NCBI GenBank assembly: GCA_964354495.1
Contig: CAYHAA010000013.1
Location: forward strand, 30,001 to 62,000
Direction: 5' to 3'
Origin: an uncultured archaeon
GTDB lineage: Archaea > Asgardarchaeota > Thorarchaeia > Thorarchaeales > Thorarchaeaceae
DNA length: 32,000 nt
Shown here in pieces: positions 9,115-18,353 of the stretch. The notes beneath the pieces are model-generated. The model searched no databases and was not told the DNA's origin. It saw only the letters and a list, made by a program, of their open reading frames with translations. A program made the position numbers and the translations under genes. Numbering within the stretch: position 1 is the first letter of the stretch; each line of letters starts with the position of its first letter.

Positions 9115-9283
9115 CTTTTTTCCTGATTCAGCGTCGGTCTTAGTAAACGAGGGGAAGAGCAGAAAGTATCTGCGGGGTCGTGGGGTTAGGAGATTGAACT
9201 AGTAGGGTGTCGCAGGATAGCTAGGAGAGACAACCCGCGAGCATACTTCTGCTCTACGCTGTCTGAAGTAATCGGAAAATAAG
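9115..9283. other. Long imperfect inverted repeat (rod-like), candidate ncRNA or MITE-like element
   Basis: Nested helices paired by hand give about 42 Watson-Crick pairs, including 9156-9169 with 9243-9255, 9129-9134 with 9256-9261 and 9115-9128 with 9270-9283. Confidence 0.55.
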
Positions 9284-9301
9284 GAGCTGAGTAACACAGT
9301 G

Positions 9302-9895
9302 TCACCTATTGAACTCATCAAGGGCTTTGAAGAACTCTTTGGTGAGGAAAGCACGATACGCAAAGCCGCCCCATCCGGATTCAGCCATCAAATGGTTCAT
9401 ATCGCCCAGCAGTTCTTCTCGGGACATGACAGCCACGTCATAAATCTCATGTGTGTCCAGCGGTTTCATCTCACCACTGAGAGGCTCTGCCAGAAAAACT
9501 AGTGAACGCCAAGGAATCATCTCCTCCCTACATACGATATCAAGATCGAGGTCGATGACCAGCCGTACTAGACGAACTGTGAAACCGGTTTCTTCCCGCA
9601 TCTCACGAATGGCTGTTTCCTCGATGGATTCCCCTGCCAAAGCTCCTCCTGAGGGAGCGCGATATATCCCTGTGCCTGCATACTGATGTTTCTGAATTAC
9701 GACATATTTGCCTTCTGATGTCCTTATGAAGCAGGTGACGTCGTGGAGTCGATTCTTTGCGCGGCTCTCTCTTACAAGGTCGCACTCAAACTTCAGGAAT
9801 TGCGCTGTGAAATGAAGTCTGCAAGGTTCGCCATACCGTTCTATGAGGGATCTCATCTCTTCACTGCTTATGTCATTCAGGGTTCTCGCCATCAT
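9302..9895 (-). CDS. NUDIX hydrolase
   Basis: Complete Nudix box G-GALAG-E-SIEETAI-REMREETGF (GX5EX7REUXEEXGU). Confidence 0.93.
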   Translation of the reverse strand: MMARTLNDISSEEMRSLIERYGEPCRLHFTAQFLKFECDLVRESRAKNRLHDVTCFIRTSEGKYVVIQKHQYAGTGIYRAPSGGALAGESIEETAIREMREETGFTVRLVRLVIDLDLDIVCREEMIPWRSLVFLAEPLSGEMKPLDTHEIYDVAVMSREELLGDMNHLMAESGWGGFAYRAFLTKEFFKALDEFNR

Positions 9896-9989
9896 GGCAA
9901 CACGTTGACACTCTCAAAAGGTTGTGGGACGATAACCTTTTACGAATACGGATGCAACACGCAGCGCATTTCAGAAGGGAGTGAGGAAT

Positions 9990-10517
9990 TTGGAGAGAAG
10001 AGTTGGCGAAGTTTTAGTCAAGACGCACATGGGAGACATCACTGAACTCGCAGTCGGTGCTATTGCTAATGCTGCGAATTCGGACCTATGGATGGGCTCT
10101 GGTGTAGCAGGAGCGATAAAGAGGAAAGGAGGGCAAGATATAGAACATGAGGCTATGTCGTTGGGTCCCATCAGGCCTGGAGAAGCAGTCTTGACCTCGG
10201 GAGGTGCTCTGCCTGCCCGCTATGTCATTCATTGTGCAGGCATGGCTCCTGGGGGAAGCGCAACGTCTCAGAAGGTCTCTTCCTCGGTTCGGAATGTGCA
10301 TACCATTGCATCTGAACGTAATCTAGTGTCAGTAGCATTTCCTGCAATTGGCGCTGGCGTTGGTGGACTCACCGAACGGGAGTCAGCAAGGGCAATTGCC
10401 AGAGAAGTAGTGTACTACTCAAGGTCACCCAGTTCAGTAAAAGAAATAACACTTGTCGGTCTTGACAAGTACACCTGCGATTGCTTCAATCAGGCACTTG
10501 ACGATGTACAGGAGTAA
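9990..10517 (+). CDS. Macro domain protein (ADP-ribose binding/hydrolase family)
   Basis: GDIT, AIANAAN, MGSGVAGAI, VIHCAG, SVAFPAIGAGVGG. TTG at 9990 follows the SD-like GGAGTGAGG (track start 9981). Confidence 0.92.
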   Translation: MERRVGEVLVKTHMGDITELAVGAIANAANSDLWMGSGVAGAIKRKGGQDIEHEAMSLGPIRPGEAVLTSGGALPARYVIHCAGMAPGGSATSQKVSSSVRNVHTIASERNLVSVAFPAIGAGVGGLTERESARAIAREVVYYSRSPSSVKEITLVGLDKYTCDCFNQALDDVQE

Positions 10518-10522
10518 ACACC

Positions 10523-11023
10523 TTGGAACATCATGACCTCAGAGGTATTCATGTTTCAGTTCAACTAGGACCATGCGATGATTCAGACATAGGTCTGGTT
10601 GTCAAGGCTCAGGATATACAGCTGGGAGCATCTCCCTCAGGTGCCATTGGCAGCATAGGCACAATGCGGGGCTTTGGAGTCTCCATAAAGGAAGCAACCA
10701 ATGCGGAGATTGTGCGGCATTGGCCCAACGTATCGATTCAGGACCCTGATAGGCGAAAAGTAGTCTACAGAGCAGCAAGAGACGCGCTGAATGCTGCTGA
10801 GGCAGCTAACGTTTCAAGCGTAGGATTCTTCACTCTAGGGTTGGAAGCCTCACGAGTTCCCAGTTGGGAGGTAGCAGAAGAGATAGTCAAGGCGCTATAT
10901 AACCATGCGAAAGAAGGTACAGGCCTTGATAGAGTCATGCTTGTAGCGAGCTCACCAATTCAAGTTAGTTCTTTCCAGTACGCATTAGGCAACATCAGCG
11001 TGCTAAGCAACAGGTCGACCTAA
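10523..11023 (+). CDS. Degenerate Macro-like protein
   Basis: C-terminal half (YRAARDALNAAEAANVSSVGFFTLG...VAEEIVKAL...VMLV) parallels the Macro C-terminal pattern; GDIT, NAAN and Gly-rich loops are absent; starts 5 nt after the Macro gene. Confidence 0.6.
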   Translation: MEHHDLRGIHVSVQLGPCDDSDIGLVVKAQDIQLGASPSGAIGSIGTMRGFGVSIKEATNAEIVRHWPNVSIQDPDRRKVVYRAARDALNAAEAANVSSVGFFTLGLEASRVPSWEVAEEIVKALYNHAKEGTGLDRVMLVASSPIQVSSFQYALGNISVLSNRST

Positions 11024-11030
11024 TCAGTGA

Positions 11031-12392
11031 CTATCGGTTCAGCCTTTTTTGTGCAGCATCTGCAGATTGCACAAGAGGATCCCAAGTGTCGCACACAGCT
11101 GGTGCATAGCAATTCTCAAAATCGAAGAGCTCTCCTGCATCGATGTTCTGCTGTATGCCCAATGTCAGCACGTTCAATCTCATTGCGGCATCCTCAAGTC
11201 CCACGAGTTGACCTCCGACGAGTTTGCCGGTCTCTTTGTTGAAGAATGTCTTCAGCTTGAGGTCCAATCCTCCACTATAGTAGGGTGGTTTTGTACTCCC
11301 TTTGATCGAACCCTTTACGATAGGGATCTTGAGCCTACTGGCCATCTCCTCTGTAAGCCCAGTGCTGGCAATTTCCAGGCCGAAGAGCTTTGTTACTTTG
11401 GCTCCAACAATGCCGGGGAATCTGACATCGCCACCGGCAGCATTGATTCCTGCAACTCGTGCCTGACGAACTGCAACAGTTCCGAGACCTGCAGTCATAG
11501 GGGTGCGCGTGATGAACTCTGAGTTCTCGGCGCAATCGCCAACCGCATAGACGTCTTTGAGATTCGTCATCATTCGGTCATCCGTCTTGATGCCTCGTGA
11601 TGGACCAATCTCAACGCCAATCTTTTGAGCAAGGTCAGTCACTGGTCTGACACCAGTGGCTACAACCACAAAGTCAGCAGGAATCTCCGAGGTCTCTTCT
11701 GTCTCCCTGCTCTTCACAATCACACCGGTGGGCTTCTCCTTTCCTGTTATCTCTTGAGCCGCAGTGTTATTGAGAATCTTGAGACCATGCTCTCTGCAAT
11801 GCTCTTCGATGATTTGTGCCATATCAGGATCTACCATAGCCAAGAGAATGTGAGGCAGAAACTCAACAACTGTGACCTCAAGACCACGTTCATGAAATGC
11901 CTCAGCTGCTTCCATTCCAACAAGACCTCCCCCGATTATTACACCAGTCTTTGCGTTGTCAGCCTCCTTTGCCAGAGCCTTGGCATCATCGAGAGTCCGC
12001 AGGCCATAGACGCGTTTCTTGTCAAGACCTTTGAGAGGAGGGTCTGCGTTCCTGGCACCTGTTGCGAATATCAGAGCATCATAGTCCTGGTGCCCCTTGC
12101 CTCCTGCACCATCAAAAGCGAGCTGCCTTGAATTGTGATCGATATCAGTGACACTTGTACCCAGTCTGGCTTGTATATCAAGGCCTTCCCAATTCGCTGG
12201 CGGCATGAGTACAAGGTCATTGAAGGCCTTCACCTTGCCTGAGACAGTATAGGGCAATCCACAGCGAGAATACTGGGAATAAGGTTCAGAATTAAAGAGC
12301 GAAATTGCGACTTTCCGATTGAATTTTCGAGCCTGCATTGCAGCAGTCGCACCTGCGGCACCACACCCGATTATGGCAATATGCTCAACCAT
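11031..12392 (-). CDS. FAD-dependent NADH oxidase / CoA-disulfide reductase family protein
   Basis: FAD GxGxxG (IIGCGAAG), single redox Cys (YSRCGLPY), NAD(P)H site IIGGGLVG, YAVGDC, C-terminal YAP...WDP. ATG at 12392 preferred over the track's GTG at 12425 because a TATA-like CTAAATAT lies at about 12445-12438. Confidence 0.92.
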   Translation of the reverse strand: MVEHIAIIGCGAAGATAAMQARKFNRKVAISLFNSEPYSQYSRCGLPYTVSGKVKAFNDLVLMPPANWEGLDIQARLGTSVTDIDHNSRQLAFDGAGGKGHQDYDALIFATGARNADPPLKGLDKKRVYGLRTLDDAKALAKEADNAKTGVIIGGGLVGMEAAEAFHERGLEVTVVEFLPHILLAMVDPDMAQIIEEHCREHGLKILNNTAAQEITGKEKPTGVIVKSRETEETSEIPADFVVVATGVRPVTDLAQKIGVEIGPSRGIKTDDRMMTNLKDVYAVGDCAENSEFITRTPMTAGLGTVAVRQARVAGINAAGGDVRFPGIVGAKVTKLFGLEIASTGLTEEMASRLKIPIVKGSIKGSTKPPYYSGGLDLKLKTFFNKETGKLVGGQLVGLEDAAMRLNVLTLGIQQNIDAGELFDFENCYAPAVCDTWDPLVQSADAAQKRLNR

Positions 12393-12621
12393 GATGATGG
12401 TCTCCGAATATCTCGGCCTCTTCACCCCTGGCTCATCATATTTAGGCTATCGGTACCACTATAGAGAAGCACAGAATCGATAAAAGGAGGGTAACTGAGT
12501 ACTTCTGTGCAGTGACTTGAGAAATCACTCTTTACCCGAAAGAAGTAGGAAATTCACAAGTGTGTGGCTCAAGACCTGTGCTTGCTATATCGCCTTCAAA
12601 ATCGAGAGGAATGTGTCTGAT

Positions 12622-15600
12622 ATGAGTAGAGATTCTATGAGTAGAAGAGAAAGTAAGTTTCGACCGATGTCTATACCAATGAATGGCAATAATCTGAATA
12701 TGCTAAAGCTGTTGTCCTTGTTCTTCATTTCGTTCATGGCTGTTGCGCCAATTATTCTAAGCAATAGCCCTACAGTCTCCAATCTGGATTCAGAAGATGG
12801 TTCCGGATTCTTGCCATCTCAAGCTCTCTACCACTATACGCTGCCAGGTTCTTCAAGCATTCAGATAGCGACTGGGACGGTCCAAGGATACAATGGATTT
12901 GCGTACGTAAACGATGACGAAGATAAGCTCTTTTTTGTGGATATTCTCAATGGAGTATCACTCGACATTGCACTCCCTTCGGGGAATCAAGGCTCTGGAT
13001 CCGACATCATTGGCTATGATGTTGATAATGATGGAGATTCAGAGTTCCTAATTCGCAATTTTGTCAATTCCCAATACTATATTCTGGTGGTCGACATCGA
13101 TGACGCAATTGTATCACAGTATCCAATACCCTTCAACTACCCTGCTGCAGTCTGTTTTGGTGACTTCAACGGAGATGTCTATCCTGATACACTGATAAAG
13201 AACATCAATAATAATAACGACTTCATGACCCTTGATCTTCTCGCCAATGCCACAATAGGCTCTTTCCATGTGGATTATTGCTATGCTGGTCAGGTCGTGG
13301 GAAAGTTTGCTAGTCTCACAGAGGACTCGATTGCACTCGTTAATAGATACTCGTTTCAGCAGAGAAATCTGACTCTGGTTGCAGCAGATGGAACTCGGAT
13401 TGACTCTATCATTCTCACTCCATCCATACAAGATCTGGTGACATTCCACCACTTAGGTGGACTTGATGAAATAGCCACAATCGAATCGGATGGAGACATT
13501 GTAGTCTATTCGGGACCATCTCTAGGTGCTACATACACAAACAACGTGGATCCCCTCTCAAGTTCTTTCAGAACGATCCAGACTGGCATCTTCAATCTTG
13601 ATTCGCAAGAGGATCTAGTAGTCACTAGCCGAAATCAAGAGAAGGCCTACTTCAGAGATGGAAATGCTGGATTCCAAATAGGCGAAACTAGCGGTATTTA
13701 CACATCCAGCTTCAAGCGGCAGGATCTTGGTCTGATGGATAGCGACACGCTTGATGACCTTGCCGTGGCCACCGTAGACGGCGGTCTTGGCATTGTCCGT
13801 GGGCAAGATGGCAAGTTCGCTAACATAGAATACATGATTGATGTTCGGAGTGCATCATCGTACGAAATCGAGATGATTGATGTCAATGGAGACTCACGGG
13901 AAGATGTGATTTGCAGAGTGGCTGGTCATGTGTATCTGCTGTTGAGCGATTCAACACCCCCGAATGTCCTGCAACTGCCAATAAATCCCAGCCATCCAAC
14001 GACTCTCGATGACTATGTTACGGTCGAAGTGCAAGTCGACGAATCATCTGGAATCGAGTATGCGGATATCTTCATGAGACCTGAGGGTGCCGGATCATGG
14101 ATTCAACCGCAGGATGAGATGTATGCATCTCATCAGGAAGGAGTCTATTATGCATTCATTGCGAACTTGCAGGCTGGCATCTATGAATACTACATGGAAT
14201 TCGAGGACACATACCTCAATACGAGAAATGTAGGTAATTCTACAGGCCCTTTGAGTTTTGTGGTGGCAGGGGATTTTGTCTGGCAAGTCGATAAGAGCCA
14301 AACAGATTATGCTGCAAGCAGGGCACATCAATCGGACATTGGAAATCTCTCCGACGGGCAGAGAGTCATATACACAATTGAGAGAGAAAAAGGTGCCAGC
14401 AATCTTACGCTAACGCAGTATTCGAGCAGCGGTGCTGTTCTTGACACGGTGACCATAATAGACACAGCGGACGTCTGGGTGTGGTTCGAAATCTATACAG
14501 CCATGCTCGATGGAGACAATGTAGCAGACATCATCGTTCTTGACTACTACAACTTCAAAGGTACAGCTTTCTTTGGTTATCACGCCTATCATGGAAACAC
14601 TCTCTTATTGATTGGCGAAGGAGTATGTCCTTACCCATACAAGAGCTTCAATTATCTTGGAATCATAGATGATGATGGTGATGGAAACGAAGAGCTACTG
14701 CTCGTATCGGATACAACACCCCTATCCCTGATAAAAATGGATTCGGATACAAGCTGGTCAGAGGTCGATATTTCGGGCGTTACAGCACCTCGGGGTTATT
14801 CAGTGATTCATGACCCTAGTTCAGGTGATGGGTATATTGCAGTCCTTAGAGGAAACCTAGCAATTGATATCCACCTGGCATCGGATCTATCATTCGTTCG
14901 CTCCCTTGACATTAGTCTCAGTGCATATTCTGACCAAGTCGCTATAGGCTTGTCAAGTAGATACAATTCACTTGTCACACGAGAAGAATTCGTGGCTACT
15001 GTCAATTATTGGAATGGCACTGACCCAACGGGACGCATCTTCATTTTTGACAGCACAACGACAAATATGAACGATACACCCTACTACGCAGTGCCTCATG
15101 AGGCAATCACATACACCTTCGCATATGATACAATTGACAGCGCCACTGATGAGCTGTTCATTCTCTTGAATTCAGGAGAACTCCGCTTAGCAGAGGCTGC
15201 CACATCGTTGACGAATCTCTGGTCCACATTTGTCACTAGTGCTACACCTCTCAGCGCCACAGTCGCTGATTTTGACGGAGATGGCAGTGGTGAGTTTCTG
15301 CTTTTCACAGATCAAGACGAGCTTCTCACATCGGTTTCCTTAATCGGCGAAATTGAGTGGACAGTGAAGGTGGGCGAGGTACGCAATCCACTAGTCGTTG
15401 GCAACATAGACTTGGTGCCCGGAGTGGAGATTGCTGCCTACCCGTTTGCATCGATAAACAGCATGATTTTGGGTGCAGTTCGAAATCTCGACAGTAGTTA
15501 CCTTCTTGATGTCACTGTGGAGCATTCTTCTACGAACTTGATTCAGGGAAACAGCCTAAACGTAAACGCAACAGTGATGAATATCTATGGTGACTTCATA

Positions 15601-18276
15601 CATGATGCAACCATCTACATGGCTGCTCACTATATGACTCCCGAAGGGGCTAGCTCGAATACGTATGGATTCTATTACCTGGGAGCAGAGGGCAAGTACT
15701 CGGCATTGATGGATGTTACGTGGCCTATTGGGACTATTGACCTGACTATCGAGGTGGACAACGGTTTCTACCATGTATTTCGTGAGTTTTACACAGATGC
15801 ACTGATTGTCAGGAGTTACCTGCAGGTGGATCTGGAGGTCCCAGATATCGTACAACAAGGTGCAAACACGACAATCCGGGCGAGGGTCTTCGATAATCTT
15901 GGAGGCGCGGTAGAAGGTGCGACGGTCACCATTTCCATTGGAGGCACGGTCTATCCCACAACGGTCACTGGGCAAGTACACGTCCTGATGATCTCTGAAG
16001 TGCAACTAGAGGCAGGAATCCACATAGTTGCAGGTAGAGCCAGTCATCCTTTTGCACTGTCTGATGGAGAGAGAAGCAGAGCATTCACAGTGCAGGTACT
16101 TACAGAGAATCTGGTGATTTCGACAGACTTTCCCGCGAGCGTTCAGCAGGACAACCTAGTCGAGGCCTGGTTCAACGTCACTGACGCATATGGTCATGCC
16201 ATATCCGGAGCAGAAGTTACACTCAAGAACGGGCCGCGACTATTCGTTATGACCGAGAGCCCAACAGAACCCGGATGCTACAGGTTCATTCACAACATGA
16301 GCCTGACTCTCGGAGTACAGAGCTTCGACCTCAGAGTGGCAAAACCGAATATCATTGGACCTCCAGCGACAACTGTGAGTGTTGAGGTCTATGGCGATCT
16401 CGAACCAAGTGTATTCTATGAAACACGTGTAGAGGGCAATTCCATGTTTCAGATACATGTCTTCGTGAAGGACAAATACGGACCTGTAACTGCAGGAGCT
16501 AGTGTAGCCGTCGAGATAAATGGAACCAGATATATATCGATAGGCACAACCGACAATCCGGACTACTTCCTATTCGCTCCGGCTGATTTCCTAGTGGGCA
16601 AGAACAACTTCACAATCTATGTCAATGCAACCTACGCAACACCATGGACGGGCATCTTCACGATAAGAGCTTACGCTGATGCCTCTGCATCTTCATCGAT
16701 AGTGTCAACGCTTGGATGGACCGTCTTGCAGGGAGAAACAACTGGGCTGGAATTGACTCTGGAGGACTGGATTGGAAGGCCTGTCTCAGGCGCAAGAGTA
16801 TCATTCTATGTCAGGGCTTTTGCATACACTCTCGTTGAGGTCAGCCCCGGTCTCTATGCGGCGGATGTTTCTACTGTAGGTTGGGCACCGGGACAATACG
16901 GATACACGCTTGCAGTGAACCATGAGGATATTCAAACAGGAGAGCCGATAGAGGGCAATCTTACGGTACTTGGAAGCTTGGTACTCGATATGAAACTCAA
17001 TTCACAACAACCATCTCAGGGTGATTCTCTCGTCATTGAGATTCTCATTGCGGATCACTACGGGAATCCTGTTCCAGGACTCCAAGTGTACGTAACTGTA
17101 ATGGACATGCCGACAATCGTGGCGGAAGAGTCAGATCTGGTCGGAAGTTATATCGTTGTCATCGAGCATCTTCCTACAACAGAGGGATATGGAACAAAGA
17201 ACATCAGCATAGATGTGACGGGTCAATTCGTTCAGCCAAAAGCCATGTCAGAGACATTCTATCTATTTGTCGCCAATCCTGATATCGGCCTGAACACTGA
17301 GACTGCCATATCATTCACGGGCATCTCATTTGTAGTAAGCCTGATTGGCATGTTCTTTTACTTCAGAATGGCACCTTCGCTACGACGAACAGGAACGAGC
17401 ACGGGAGAGCTACAGAAATCCGTGAAACGCATGGATAGACTCTATCTCGCCATTGTGCTAGCGAGCGCAGCAGGCATCGTATTTTCTATGAGGCTCAGCG
17501 CGATTGGCGAGTATGGAGAAGCTCTAGTCCTTGCCGTGACGCTTCTTGGAGCCTCTGTACTCCTCTATGGTCTCTGGCTCTACAGAGATGCAGTATCAGC
17601 AGTCATGGTGAGCGGGGCTTTGAACAAGAAGCGGATGGTCGCAGGCTTATGGCATCTATTCTTTGTCCCTATTGTGATTGTGATGATTCTCAACTATGGA
17701 ACAGAGATTGATTGGTTCAAAGCATACATGATAGATCAGGCATTTAGCATAGGTAGCTTCTCCATACCTACGATCATGACGACGATATTCGTTGCATATC
17801 TATCGTCTATACTAGTTGTAGTGGTCAATCTCTACCGAGAAGTGAAAAGCGGTCTGAAGAAGCTCAGGAGAATGCAAGAGGCTGACACACCCATCGCTAT
17901 TCTCGAAGATGAAAAGGAAACAATGGTCAATAGGTTCAGTTCATCAATCAGAATCAAGTTCCTGATGTTTCTGGTGGTTGTAGGTGCTGCCGCAGTGACA
18001 ACAATGGATTTCCTGCAGAGCTATGAACTCGGAATCATTGTGCTCCTGCCTGTTGCCTTCTTGGTTGTAATACCATTCATCTCATCCAAAATAGTCCAAG
18101 CGCTGAACCGGGCCTCAAACGTCAAAATCAGGAAGACTAGCGTATCTATTGCGGGGGATTCGGTAACAGCAGTAGCTGAGAGATTGCCTAGCGATACTTC
18201 TGAAGTGGATTCAGAGTCTGTAATGGAAGAAGATCTAGCGAACAAAGAACCAGAAGATCGAAGCGATTCAGATTAG
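12622..18276 (+). CDS. Giant surface glycoprotein: signal/anchor, FG-GAP-like Ca-binding repeats, Ig-like repeats, C-terminal 7-TM region
   Basis: DxDxDG-type motifs (DVDNDGDSE, DFNGDVYPD, DVNGDSRED, DDDGDGNEE, DFDGDGSGE); six D..G..(V/I).GA.V-like repeats; seven hydrophobic segments at about 17302-18105; acidic tail. ATG at 12622 follows GAGAGG (track start 12517). Confidence 0.9.
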   Translation: MSRDSMSRRESKFRPMSIPMNGNNLNMLKLLSLFFISFMAVAPIILSNSPTVSNLDSEDGSGFLPSQALYHYTLPGSSSIQIATGTVQGYNGFAYVNDDEDKLFFVDILNGVSLDIALPSGNQGSGSDIIGYDVDNDGDSEFLIRNFVNSQYYILVVDIDDAIVSQYPIPFNYPAAVCFGDFNGDVYPDTLIKNINNNNDFMTLDLLANATIGSFHVDYCYAGQVVGKFASLTEDSIALVNRYSFQQRNLTLVAADGTRIDSIILTPSIQDLVTFHHLGGLDEIATIESDGDIVVYSGPSLGATYTNNVDPLSSSFRTIQTGIFNLDSQEDLVVTSRNQEKAYFRDGNAGFQIGETSGIYTSSFKRQDLGLMDSDTLDDLAVATVDGGLGIVRGQDGKFANIEYMIDVRSASSYEIEMIDVNGDSREDVICRVAGHVYLLLSDSTPPNVLQLPINPSHPTTLDDYVTVEVQVDESSGIEYADIFMRPEGAGSWIQPQDEMYASHQEGVYYAFIANLQAGIYEYYMEFEDTYLNTRNVGNSTGPLSFVVAGDFVWQVDKSQTDYAASRAHQSDIGNLSDGQRVIYTIEREKGASNLTLTQYSSSGAVLDTVTIIDTADVWVWFEIYTAMLDGDNVADIIVLDYYNFKGTAFFGYHAYHGNTLLLIGEGVCPYPYKSFNYLGIIDDDGDGNEELLLVSDTTPLSLIKMDSDTSWSEVDISGVTAPRGYSVIHDPSSGDGYIAVLRGNLAIDIHLASDLSFVRSLDISLSAYSDQVAIGLSSRYNSLVTREEFVATVNYWNGTDPTGRIFIFDSTTTNMNDTPYYAVPHEAITYTFAYDTIDSATDELFILLNSGELRLAEAATSLTNLWSTFVTSATPLSATVADFDGDGSGEFLLFTDQDELLTSVSLIGEIEWTVKVGEVRNPLVVGNIDLVPGVEIAAYPFASINSMILGAVRNLDSSYLLDVTVEHSSTNLIQGNSLNVNATVMNIYGDFIHDATIYMAAHYMTPEGASSNTYGFYYLGAEGKYSALMDVTWPIGTIDLTIEVDNGFYHVFREFYTDALIVRSYLQVDLEVPDIVQQGANTTIRARVFDNLGGAVEGATVTISIGGTVYPTTVTGQVHVLMISEVQLEAGIHIVAGRASHPFALSDGERSRAFTVQVLTENLVISTDFPASVQQDNLVEAWFNVTDAYGHAISGAEVTLKNGPRLFVMTESPTEPGCYRFIHNMSLTLGVQSFDLRVAKPNIIGPPATTVSVEVYGDLEPSVFYETRVEGNSMFQIHVFVKDKYGPVTAGASVAVEINGTRYISIGTTDNPDYFLFAPADFLVGKNNFTIYVNATYATPWTGIFTIRAYADASASSSIVSTLGWTVLQGETTGLELTLEDWIGRPVSGARVSFYVRAFAYTLVEVSPGLYAADVSTVGWAPGQYGYTLAVNHEDIQTGEPIEGNLTVLGSLVLDMKLNSQQPSQGDSLVIEILIADHYGNPVPGLQVYVTVMDMPTIVAEESDLVGSYIVVIEHLPTTEGYGTKNISIDVTGQFVQPKAMSETFYLFVANPDIGLNTETAISFTGISFVVSLIGMFFYFRMAPSLRRTGTSTGELQKSVKRMDRLYLAIVLASAAGIVFSMRLSAIGEYGEALVLAVTLLGASVLLYGLWLYRDAVSAVMVSGALNKKRMVAGLWHLFFVPIVIVMILNYGTEIDWFKAYMIDQAFSIGSFSIPTIMTTIFVAYLSSILVVVVNLYREVKSGLKKLRRMQEADTPIAILEDEKETMVNRFSSSIRIKFLMFLVVVGAAAVTTMDFLQSYELGIIVLLPVAFLVVIPFISSKIVQALNRASNVKIRKTSVSIAGDSVTAVAERLPSDTSEVDSESVMEEDLANKEPEDRSDSD

Positions 18277-18298
18277 GAACAGAAGAACGATGCAGTAT

Positions 18299-18325
18299 TT
18301 GGGGCGGATGTAGTTCCCGCCCCAA
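18299..18325. terminator. GC-rich hairpin between convergent genes (likely bidirectional terminator)
   Basis: TTGGGGCGG-atgtagttc-CCGCCCCAA, perfect 9-bp stem. Confidence 0.65.
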
Positions 18326-18353
18326 TTCTAGCCTCAGAAATGACGCTATCCAG

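Noticed and set aside
9181-9205. GTTCAATC T-loop-like sequence, a GGGTTAGG telomere-like word and G-tracts
   Set aside because: No T-stem or cloverleaf can form; the telomere-like word occurs once; G-tract spacing is too long for a convincing quadruplex.
364-9247. GTATGC/GCATAC hexamer recurring in several intergenic regions
   Set aside because: The count is near chance for a hexamer, and position relative to starts is inconsistent.
9245-9304. NUDIX TGA stop followed by a structured element (selenocysteine/SECIS idea)
   Set aside because: Read-through adds only a short nondescript tail, the Nudix domain is already complete, and no SECIS core (AUGA/GA or GAA/A loop) is visible.
12517-12621. 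Upstream TTG extension of the giant ORF
   Set aside because: It overlaps the likely promoter region; an SD-like GAGAGG precedes ATG 12622.
17560-17600. YRD at the end of TM3 of the giant protein, reminiscent of the GPCR DRY motif
   Set aside because: The order is reversed and three residues carry no statistical weight; not evidence of GPCR homology.
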